DNA of 64,000 bases from Bacteroidota bacterium. GTDB taxonomy: Bacteria; Bacteroidota; Rhodothermia; JANXDC01. Within the stretch, counting starts at the first letter, position 1. Every line of letters starts with the position of its first letter. Shown here piece by piece: positions 56,644 to 64,000 of this stretch. The translations under genes were made by a program, and so were the position numbers. The notes below the pieces were generated by a model. It had not been told where the DNA came from. It worked only from the letters and a program-made list of their open reading frames with translations, and did no database searches. Location: assembly GCA_025998875.1 (NCBI GenBank), contig AP024675.1, forward strand, positions 629,589 through 693,588, given 5' to 3'.

Positions 56644-58317
56644 ATGAACTATGGTTTCATCATCGATAACCGTAAGTGTATCGGCTGTCATGCTTGCACG
56701 GTGGCCTGCAAGGCGGAGCACGAAATCCCGCTCGGCGTCAACCGCACCTGGGTCAAATACGTCGAAAAGGGGCGCTATCCGAACACGCGGCGCTTGTTTG
56801 CCGTGCACCGGTGCAACCACTGCGCCGAGGCCCCGTGTGTGGAGATCTGCCCCGTAGAGGCGCTCTTTGTGCGCCCCGACGGGATCGTGGATTTCGATAA
56901 CGCCCGCTGCATCGGGTGCAAGTCCTGCATGCAGGCCTGTCCTTATGATGCGCTCTATATCGATCCGGAGACGCACACGGCGGCCAAGTGCAATTTCTGC
57001 GCGCATCGTATTGACCTGGGTCTGGAACCGGCCTGTGTGGTGGTCTGCCCGGAACATGCCATCATCGCCGGGGATCTGGACGATCCCCACTCGGAGATCA
57101 GCCAGCTTCTGGCCCGCGAACAGGTCCAGGTGCGCAAACCGGAAAAGGGCACCCTGCCCAAGCTCTGGTACATCGATGGGGACGAGGCCTCCCTAGATCC
57201 CCTGGCCACCCGGCGAGAGACGGAATACTTCTGGAGCGAACAGGCCACCGGGGTGGGGCATTTTGCCCGCTATGCGGAGATGCGGCAGGCGAACCGGGAT
57301 CCGGATCAGCTCCTCTATCAGCTGGCCGTCTTGCCCTCGGACTGGGCCCGTGCTGAGGCCCGGGTAGCCGAGGAGCTACGCCGTGAAGACGGACAGCGGG
57401 CCATGGGCGATCCCCTGCTCCGGATGCAGGAGGCCGTCTACGGGCAGAGCCCGGCCAGGCGCACCTATGACACCCCCTCGAAAGGGGTGCTCTGGGGATG
57501 GGAGGTTTCCGGATACATCTGGACAAAGGCCATTGCCGCGGGTGCGTTTCTGGTGCCGTTTCTTCTGCAGGATCTGGGCCTTGTCCGACTCGGCCCCGTG
57601 GCGGAATGGGTCGCCTGGGGGGTTGCCCTCCTGTTTTTGTTGCTGACCGGACTGCTATTAATCAAAGACCTGGACCGACCCGATCGGTTTCTGTACGTAT
57701 TGCTTCGCCCTCAGAAGCGTTCCTGGCTCGTCAAGGGCGCCTATATCCTTACCGGCTACGGAGCGGCCCTGGCCCTGTGGGGGGTATCACGCTGGCTGGA
57801 AAGCCCCGAACTGGGTTGGCTGGCCCGCCTGACGGGTTATCTGGGCGCCCTGGGCGCGGCCACATATACGGCCTTTTTGTTTGCTCAGGCCAAGGGGCGG
57901 GACTTCTGGCAGAGCCCCATGCTTGCCCCGCACATGCTTCTGCACGCCCTGCTGGCCGGAGGATCGGTGGGACTGCTCCTGGCCTGGGGTTTCGGCCTAG
58001 ATGCAACCCCCTTCGGCTGGGTTACCGCCTTCTCGGGGGCAGCAGGGCTCCTGATAGTAGCCATAGAGCTGGCTATGCCGCATCCCACACGGGATGCTCA
58101 TCTGGTGGCCCAGATCATCATGCGCGGCTACTATCGCCGGCTGTTCTGGCATACCGTGCTCTGGGGACACCTGCTGCCCGTAGTCGGGCTTTTCCTCGGA
58201 CTCTGGCTCGGTTGGCCTGTGGCCCTGTTGGCCCTGCTGGGCCTGATACTGCTTGTGGCCGTGCTGCCCATCGAGCACCTCTGGGTGCGCGTGCCTCAGC
58301 TCATCCCCCTGGCCTGA
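56644..58317 (+). CDS. fusion of a 4x[4Fe-4S] ferredoxin-type subunit (PsrB/SoeB-like) with an NrfD/PsrC-like polytopic membrane anchor
   Basis: N-terminal about 200 aa with four Cys clusters (CIGCHACTVAC, CNHCAEAPCVEICP, CIGCKSCMQACP, CNFCAHRIDLGLEPACVVVCP). C-terminal about 310 aa with about 8 TM helices. A single uninterrupted frame with a GGAGG Shine-Dalgarno. Confidence 0.7.
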   Translation: MNYGFIIDNRKCIGCHACTVACKAEHEIPLGVNRTWVKYVEKGRYPNTRRLFAVHRCNHCAEAPCVEICPVEALFVRPDGIVDFDNARCIGCKSCMQACPYDALYIDPETHTAAKCNFCAHRIDLGLEPACVVVCPEHAIIAGDLDDPHSEISQLLAREQVQVRKPEKGTLPKLWYIDGDEASLDPLATRRETEYFWSEQATGVGHFARYAEMRQANRDPDQLLYQLAVLPSDWARAEARVAEELRREDGQRAMGDPLLRMQEAVYGQSPARRTYDTPSKGVLWGWEVSGYIWTKAIAAGAFLVPFLLQDLGLVRLGPVAEWVAWGVALLFLLLTGLLLIKDLDRPDRFLYVLLRPQKRSWLVKGAYILTGYGAALALWGVSRWLESPELGWLARLTGYLGALGAATYTAFLFAQAKGRDFWQSPMLAPHMLLHALLAGGSVGLLLAWGFGLDATPFGWVTAFSGAAGLLIVAIELAMPHPTRDAHLVAQIIMRGYYRRLFWHTVLWGHLLPVVGLFLGLWLGWPVALLALLGLILLVAVLPIEHLWVRVPQLIPLA

Positions 58318-58336
58318 GAGAAGGAGGTATTCGCCT

Positions 58337-61225
58337 ATGGCCAAATCCTGGATAGAGCGCGCCGCCGAAGCTCTGCGCCTGATCCCCCGAATCGACTCCA
58401 ACGGAAGTACCCCCCTGCCCCGACTTGAGCCCGGTTCGGGGTTGCGTTCCTACCCCCCGAGGGAGCGCTGGAATCACTGGGAAGAATATGACCCTCGGGC
58501 CTGGCCCCGGAAGCGCAAACGGGCCTACATGCTTGTGCCCACCATCTGTTTTAACTGCGAAGCCGGATGCGGCCTGTTGGCCTATATTGACAAGGAAACC
58601 GGACAGGTGCGCAAACTGGAGGGCAATCCCTACCACCCCGGTTCGCGCGGCCGTAACTGCGCAAAAGGGCCGGCTACGATCAACCAACTCACCGATCCGG
58701 ATCGTATCCTCTATCCTCTGCGCCGCAAAGGCGAGCGAGGATCCGGTCAATGGGAGCGCGTATCCTGGGAAGAAGCCCTGGAGGATATCGCCGCCCGGAT
58801 CCGCCGCGCGCTCGAAGAGGGACGCAACAACGAAATCGTCTACCATGTGGGCCGACCGGGCCACGAGGGATACATGGAACGCGTGCTGGGGGCCTGGAAC
58901 GTAGACGGACATAACAGCCATACGAACATCTGCTCTTCCGGGGCCCGCTTTGGATACGCCATCTGGCAGGGATACGATCGGCCCTCCCCGGATCACGCCA
59001 ATGCCCGCTTTATCCTGCTGCTGAGTTCCCATCTGGAGACGGGCCATTACTTCAACCCCCACGCCCAGCGCATCATCGAGGGCATGATGCGCGGAGCCAA
59101 GCTGGCGGTTATGGACCCCCGGCTCTCGAACACAGCCAGTATGGCCGACTACTGGCTGCCGACCTATCCGGGCTCCGAAGCCGCTGTACTGCTGGCCATG
59201 GCGCGCATCCTGCTCCTGGAGGGTCGATACGATCGGGAATTCCTGGAGCACTGGGTCAACTGGCACGATTACCTCAACGCCCGACATCCCCAGCGACCGC
59301 GCACCTTCGAGGCCTTCATCGAAGCGCTCCTGGAAGAATATGCCCTCTTCACCCCGGAATTCGCCGCCCGGGAGGCCCAGATCGATCCTGAGCTCATCAT
59401 CGCCGTAGCCCGGGAGATCGGCGAGGCCGGATCCCGCTTTGCCACCCACAACTGGCGCTCGGCCTCCAGCGGCAACCTGGGTGGCTGGACTGTGGCGCGC
59501 GCGCTGCATTTTCTCAACGTCCTTACCGGATCGGTCGGCACCTATGGTGGCACCAGCCCGAGCGCCTGGAACAAGTTCAAGCCCATCGTGCCGCATGCCC
59601 CGCCGGCCACCCGATTCTGGAACGAGCTCCATTTCCCCCTGGAGTATCCGCTGGCCCACTACGAGATGAGCTTCCTACTGCCACACTTCCTCAAGGAGGG
59701 GCGCGGCCGGCTGGAGGTTTACTTTACGCGCGTCTTCAATCCCGTATGGACGTATCCGGACGGCTTTTCCTGGATCGAGGTGTTGCGGGATGAATCCAAA
59801 ATCGGCCTGCATGTAGCCCTGACCCCCACGTGGAACGAGACGGCCTACTGGGCCGACTACGTCCTGCCCATGGGACATGCCTCCGAACGACACGATATCG
59901 TCAGCTACGAAACCCATTCCGGCATCTGGATAGGCTTTCGCCAGCCCGTACTGCGCGAAGCGCTTCGCCGGCAGGGCAAACCGGTCCGCTTCACCTACGA
60001 AGCCAACCCCGGAGAAGTCTGGGAAGAGGACGAATTCTGGATTGAGCTCTCCTGGCGTATCGATCCCGAAGGCCGTCTGGGCATCCGGAAGCACTTCGAA
60101 TCCCCCTATCGTGCCGGGGAGAAGATGACTATTGAAGAATACTACCAGTACGTCTTCGAGCACGTGCCCGGCCTTCCGGAAGCGGCCGCCCGGGAAGGGC
60201 TTACCCCCCTGGAATACATGCGCCGCTACGGAGCCTTCGAGGTGAAAAAGCACGTCTACGAGAAACACCTCGATCCGGTGCCCGAAGAGCTGGCCCGCCA
60301 GGCGGAAATCGATCCGGAAACCCATATCGCCTACGTACATACGGACAGCGGGGAGCGACAGGCCATCGGGGTATACTACCAGGGCCAGATCCGCACGGGA
60401 TTTCCTACCCCCACGCGCAAACAGGAGTTCTACTCGCAGACCATGGTCGACTGGGGATGGCCAGAATACGCCATCCCGACCTATATCAAAAGTCATGTGC
60501 ATCCGGAACGGATTAACCGGGACAACAACGAGTTCGTCCTGGTGCCCACGTTCCGTTTGCCCACACTCATCCACACCCGCAGCGGTAACGCCAAGTACCT
60601 GGTGGAGATCTCCAACCGAAACCCGATCTGGATACACACCCGCGATGCGGAGCGCATCGGGGTGAAAACGGGAGACCTGGTGCGAGTCACCACGGAGATC
60701 GGCTACTTCGTCGATCGCGTCTGGGTCACGGAGGCGATTAAACCCGGCGTGGTGGCCTGCTCGCACCATATCGGGCGCTGGCGACGGGAACAGGATCCGC
60801 CGGGCAACCGATGGGCCACCAGCACCGTGCGGATCGAGGAAATCGCGCCCGGTCAGTGGCGCATGCAACAGGTCCGGGGGGTGGAGCCGTTTGTCAGTTC
60901 CGACCCCGACTCCAGGCGCATCTTCTGGCGGGATGGCGGAGTGCATCAGAACATCACGCACCCCGTACACCCGGATCCCATTTCGGGCATGCACTGTTGG
61001 CACCAGTGGTGCCGCATCGAGAAGGCCAGACCGGAGGACCGCTACGGAGACGTGTTCGTGGACACGAACAAATCTTTTGCCGTCTACCGGCAGTGGCTGG
61101 CCATGACGCGCCCGGGTCCGGGTCCCGGAGGACTGCGCCGGCCCCTGTGGCTGAACCGGCCGTTTCGGCCCGCCCCAGAGACCTTCTATGTAACCTCAGA
61201 GGCGCAATCACCGCCAGAGAGCTGA
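58337..61225 (+). CDS. molybdopterin (DMSO-reductase-family) oxidoreductase catalytic subunit without Tat signal (SoeA-like)
   Basis: 962 aa; N-terminal CFNCEAGCG...C [4Fe-4S] motif and the molybdopterin dinucleotide-binding domain pattern. No RRxFLK motif. Strong GGAGG Shine-Dalgarno; ATG verified at 58337. Confidence 0.75.
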   Translation: MAKSWIERAAEALRLIPRIDSNGSTPLPRLEPGSGLRSYPPRERWNHWEEYDPRAWPRKRKRAYMLVPTICFNCEAGCGLLAYIDKETGQVRKLEGNPYHPGSRGRNCAKGPATINQLTDPDRILYPLRRKGERGSGQWERVSWEEALEDIAARIRRALEEGRNNEIVYHVGRPGHEGYMERVLGAWNVDGHNSHTNICSSGARFGYAIWQGYDRPSPDHANARFILLLSSHLETGHYFNPHAQRIIEGMMRGAKLAVMDPRLSNTASMADYWLPTYPGSEAAVLLAMARILLLEGRYDREFLEHWVNWHDYLNARHPQRPRTFEAFIEALLEEYALFTPEFAAREAQIDPELIIAVAREIGEAGSRFATHNWRSASSGNLGGWTVARALHFLNVLTGSVGTYGGTSPSAWNKFKPIVPHAPPATRFWNELHFPLEYPLAHYEMSFLLPHFLKEGRGRLEVYFTRVFNPVWTYPDGFSWIEVLRDESKIGLHVALTPTWNETAYWADYVLPMGHASERHDIVSYETHSGIWIGFRQPVLREALRRQGKPVRFTYEANPGEVWEEDEFWIELSWRIDPEGRLGIRKHFESPYRAGEKMTIEEYYQYVFEHVPGLPEAAAREGLTPLEYMRRYGAFEVKKHVYEKHLDPVPEELARQAEIDPETHIAYVHTDSGERQAIGVYYQGQIRTGFPTPTRKQEFYSQTMVDWGWPEYAIPTYIKSHVHPERINRDNNEFVLVPTFRLPTLIHTRSGNAKYLVEISNRNPIWIHTRDAERIGVKTGDLVRVTTEIGYFVDRVWVTEAIKPGVVACSHHIGRWRREQDPPGNRWATSTVRIEEIAPGQWRMQQVRGVEPFVSSDPDSRRIFWRDGGVHQNITHPVHPDPISGMHCWHQWCRIEKARPEDRYGDVFVDTNKSFAVYRQWLAMTRPGPGPGGLRRPLWLNRPFRPAPETFYVTSEAQSPPES

Positions 61226-61237
61226 GCGCTGGCCGCG

Positions 61238-63007
61238 ATGGGGCATCCCTCGGAAGACCGGATCCATCTGGCCCCGTTTCTGAAGGATCTGCGCGCTTAT
61301 ACGTGGGGCACGTTTCGGATGGACCTGCAGGCGGGCCTCACGGTGGCCGTCTTCGCTGTGCCGCAGGTCATGGCCTATGCTATCCTGGCTGGCCTTCCCC
61401 CTACCTACGGGCTCTATGCGGCTATCACAACCGCAGCCATAGCGGCCCTCTGGGGCAGCTCCCCGTATGTGAACACGGGCCCCACGAACTCAGCCGCCCT
61501 CCTGACGGCAGGCGCGCTGGCCGCCTTCGCCGGCGATCCAGACTTCCTGGGGATCGTGTTCTTTTTTACCCTGCTGACAGGCCTCATCCGGATGGCTCTG
61601 GGCCTGCTGCGGCTGGGCAACCTGATCGATTTCGTACCCGAGTCGGCCTTTCTGGGCTTTACGATGGGCGCCGGCGTGCTCATCGGACTGGGCCAGTTCC
61701 ATCATCTGCTCGGCGTGGAGGCCTCCTCGAACGCGTGGTTCCCCGGGCGCATCTGGGATACGCTCGCCCGCTTTCCGGAAGCCAATCCGTATGCCCTCTC
61801 CATCGGCCTGGGAACAGCCGTTCTGCTTCTCGCCCTGGAACGCTACAACCGGTACTTTCCCGTTGCCCTTGGGGTCATCGGGCTGGGCACGCTGGGAGCC
61901 TGGCTGTGGGCTGAGGGGAAGCTGACCCTGGTGCGGGACGTCAGCCCCATACCGCGACAGCTCCCCCATTGGGAACTGCCCGCACTCCGATTCGATCTGC
62001 TCGACGAGCTCCTGCCTGGCGCGATGGCCGTGGCCCTTCTGGGCTTGATCGAGGCGGTTTCCATCGGCCAGACGCTTGCGCTCAAGCGCGGAGAGCGACT
62101 CAACTTCAATCAGGAATTTTTCGGCCAGGGCCTGAGCCATGTGGTAGCCGCTTTCTTTCAGGGCATTCCGGGTTCGGGCTCCTTTAGCCGTTCGGCCCTC
62201 ATCGAGCAAGCCGGAGGACAGACCCGCTTTGCCAATGTGGCCTATGCGGCCTGGATCGCTCTGGCTGTGCTCACGATAGCCCCCCTGCTGGAACGCATCC
62301 CGATCGCCTCGCTGGCTGGCTTATTGCTCTACATCGGTTATCGGCTCATCGACCTGCGTCGGCTCAAGCAGACATGGGCCATCTCGCGCTCCGATACCCT
62401 GGTGCTCGGCATCACGTTTCTCGTCACCGTGGGCTATCGAATCGAACTGGGCATCTTCTCCGGACTCCTTGTCGCCCTGATCATGTTTCTACGCCGGGCC
62501 CGTATCCTGCACCTGTTTGAGCTGCTCCCCCAGCAGGGGGGATCGTTCGCAGAGGTATCCTACCTGCCCGATCGAACCCACGAGCCCAGCGGACTGGTGG
62601 CCCTGGGCGTCTATGGGGACCTGTTTTTCGCCGTCGCCCAGGAATTGCGCACGCAACTACAGCAGATCGTGGAACTGCAGAAGCCACGCGTGATCGTGCT
62701 GCGCACCCGAGGCGCCCGCTCGATCGATTACTCCTGCTGGAACGCGCTCTTCGAGTTCGCTACATACTTCCACCGCCGAGGGGGCCGGCTTGTGCTTGTG
62801 GGCCTGCGGGAAGACTATTGGCGCATCATCCGGGATGCCGGCATGGATTCCGTACTACCCCCGCAACAGCTCTACCCAGCAGGCCATTCCCTGCTGGCCT
62901 CCTTTCAAGGCGCGCTGCGGGACTGGTTGCCCCGCGTCGATGCGGAGACGCTTTCCCCCGCCTGGCGGGCCTATCGGGATGCGCTCGTGGCCTCGACGAC
63001 CTCTTGA
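61238..63007 (+). CDS. SulP-family anion (sulfate) permease with C-terminal STAS domain
   Basis: ...AVPQVMAYAILAGLPPTYGLYAA... SulP signature; about 11 TM helices plus STAS. Confidence 0.85.
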   Translation: MGHPSEDRIHLAPFLKDLRAYTWGTFRMDLQAGLTVAVFAVPQVMAYAILAGLPPTYGLYAAITTAAIAALWGSSPYVNTGPTNSAALLTAGALAAFAGDPDFLGIVFFFTLLTGLIRMALGLLRLGNLIDFVPESAFLGFTMGAGVLIGLGQFHHLLGVEASSNAWFPGRIWDTLARFPEANPYALSIGLGTAVLLLALERYNRYFPVALGVIGLGTLGAWLWAEGKLTLVRDVSPIPRQLPHWELPALRFDLLDELLPGAMAVALLGLIEAVSIGQTLALKRGERLNFNQEFFGQGLSHVVAAFFQGIPGSGSFSRSALIEQAGGQTRFANVAYAAWIALAVLTIAPLLERIPIASLAGLLLYIGYRLIDLRRLKQTWAISRSDTLVLGITFLVTVGYRIELGIFSGLLVALIMFLRRARILHLFELLPQQGGSFAEVSYLPDRTHEPSGLVALGVYGDLFFAVAQELRTQLQQIVELQKPRVIVLRTRGARSIDYSCWNALFEFATYFHRRGGRLVLVGLREDYWRIIRDAGMDSVLPPQQLYPAGHSLLASFQGALRDWLPRVDAETLSPAWRAYRDALVASTTS

Positions 63008-63585
63008 GCGCAGGGGCGCGTGCGCTCCAGCATCCGGAAGACGGCTTCCCGGGTCTGGCCCACCATACCTTCGAGGGAAGCCACATACCCCATGCGCCAG
63101 AACCAGAACGCATGCTGGATCATACCCACGATCCAGGCGGTGGCCAGCTCCGGATCGACGGGACGAAATGCTCCCTGATGGATGCCCTCCCGGATCACGG
63201 CAACGAAATACGTCTTGGGCAGCACAACCGCCGGGGGTGGATTCCAGATGACCGGATGACGGTGCAGCTGCTGGAGATAGGCAAAAGCCTCTGGCTCCTG
63301 TAAGGCGAATTCGAACATGCCCACCAGGAGCGCGCCCAACCGGCTACGGGGTCCCTCCCGGCCGGCGAGCGCGTTCTGAAGCGCGGTGCCCATGCGTTCG
63401 GCGCAGGCCTCGAACAGCTTGCGGGCCAGATCCGTTTTGCTGGCGAAATGACGATACAGATTCCCCTCGGCCGTGCCCGCCAGGCGGGCGATTTCCCGCG
63501 TGCTCGTGCCCTCATAGCCTTTCTCGACGAAAAGCCGCAGGGCAGCTTTCCGGATTTCGGCTTCCTTCCGAGCGGAACGCGCCAT
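62971..63585 (-). CDS. TetR/AcrR-family transcriptional regulator
   Basis: HTH ...FVEKGYEGTSTREIARLAGTAEGNLYRHF... ATG verified at 63585. Convergent with, and overlapping, the sulP 3' end. Confidence 0.85.
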   Translation of the reverse strand: MARSARKEAEIRKAALRLFVEKGYEGTSTREIARLAGTAEGNLYRHFASKTDLARKLFEACAERMGTALQNALAGREGPRSRLGALLVGMFEFALQEPEAFAYLQQLHRHPVIWNPPPAVVLPKTYFVAVIREGIHQGAFRPVDPELATAWIVGMIQHAFWFWRMGYVASLEGMVGQTREAVFRMLERTRPCAQEVVEATSASR

Positions 63586-63587
63586 TT

Positions 63588-63974
63588 TCAGAAATCCCTC
63601 CGCATAAACCGCCACTGGGCCCATCCCAGGGGTCCGACAGCCCACAACAGCAGCACCCCCAGCGCGATCAGCTGGCCGAGCACCCCTCCCAGCAGGCGTT
63701 CATAGAGTGCCCCCGTATAACCCATCAGGAGCGCGGCCTCCAGGCGCATCGTCAACAGAATGCGCGCCAGGTCCAGAGGATTGAAAAACGTCAGCACGAA
63801 AGCGGGACGCTCTACCGGGTAATCGCGCAGCAGCAGGAGCAACAAGAGCAACAGGGCGTCGTAGAGCACGGCCGTGAAAAACCAGAAAACCATCCCTATC
63901 CCAAAGGCCCGTGTCCGATCTTCCCGTGTCACCGCCAGCCCAAAACCGATCCCGTAGTAGATGACAATGAGCAA
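63588..63974 (-). CDS. hypothetical polytopic membrane protein, possibly truncated by the window edge
   Basis: 128-aa hydrophobic ORF immediately upstream of tetR. The gene may extend beyond 64000. Confidence 0.35.
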   Translation of the reverse strand: MLIVIYYGIGFGLAVTREDRTRAFGIGMVFWFFTAVLYDALLLLLLLLLRDYPVERPAFVLTFFNPLDLARILLTMRLEAALLMGYTGALYERLLGGVLGQLIALGVLLLWAVGPLGWAQWRFMRRDF

Positions 63975-64000
63975 ACTCCCCGTACCGACTAACCAGAGGC

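Noticed and set aside
58301-61003. Two long ORFs (452 aa and 442 aa) antisense to the molybdopterin catalytic subunit gene
   Set aside because: The sense strand encodes a full-length, motif-bearing molybdoenzyme with a strong Shine-Dalgarno; the antisense ORFs lack features.

Overview
This is a 64-kb, very GC-rich (about 65%) bacterial chromosomal segment that is densely coding on both strands. The composition is Arg/Glu-rich and Lys-poor, as in thermophiles. Several Bacteroidetes/Rhodothermus-type families are present (DUF721 after recF, DUF3098, DUF3108, AMIN-amidase), so I infer a Rhodothermus/Salinibacter-like organism; this is a guess from sequence alone. Most of the window is core housekeeping. 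On the minus strand there is a thrS-infC-rpmI-rplT-pheS-pheT block continuing into a small coiled-coil gene, zapA, rny and folD. Other core genes are tkt, recF plus DUF721, glnA directly downstream of an Lrp regulator, cdd, tyrA, mnmE, ddl, bioY, adk, IDI-2, udk, coaX, birA, an IscS-like desulfurase and murA. I identified three tRNAs by hand: Phe-GAA, Asp-GTC and Glu-CTC. I also found several intrinsic terminators and two sigma70-like promoters. The six-frame ORF track accepts GTG/TTG as starts, so I trimmed several N-termini to the first in-frame ATG. I saw no CRISPR array, transposase, integrase or prophage. The most interesting part is 52.4-63.0 kb, a sulfur-trafficking locus. It encodes a CsoR/CstR-like repressor, a rhodanese-MBL persulfide-dioxygenase-like fusion, TusA and a DsrE3-like protein. 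These are followed by a molybdoenzyme pair whose Fe-S subunit is fused in one ORF to an NrfD/PsrC-like membrane anchor, whose catalytic subunit lacks a Tat signal (SoeABC-like), and then a SulP/STAS permease. A divergent DUF442-rhodanese-PfPDO-like operon lies upstream. Other items worth a second look: an orphan partner-switching module (two RsbU-like PP2C phosphatases, a STAS protein and an RsbW-like kinase, with no sigma factor in the window); a coiled-coil protein built from 42-bp tandem repeats; a domain-permuted tandem cytidine deaminase; and a 967-aa secreted zincin/TolB-propeller/beta-barrel-like protein.
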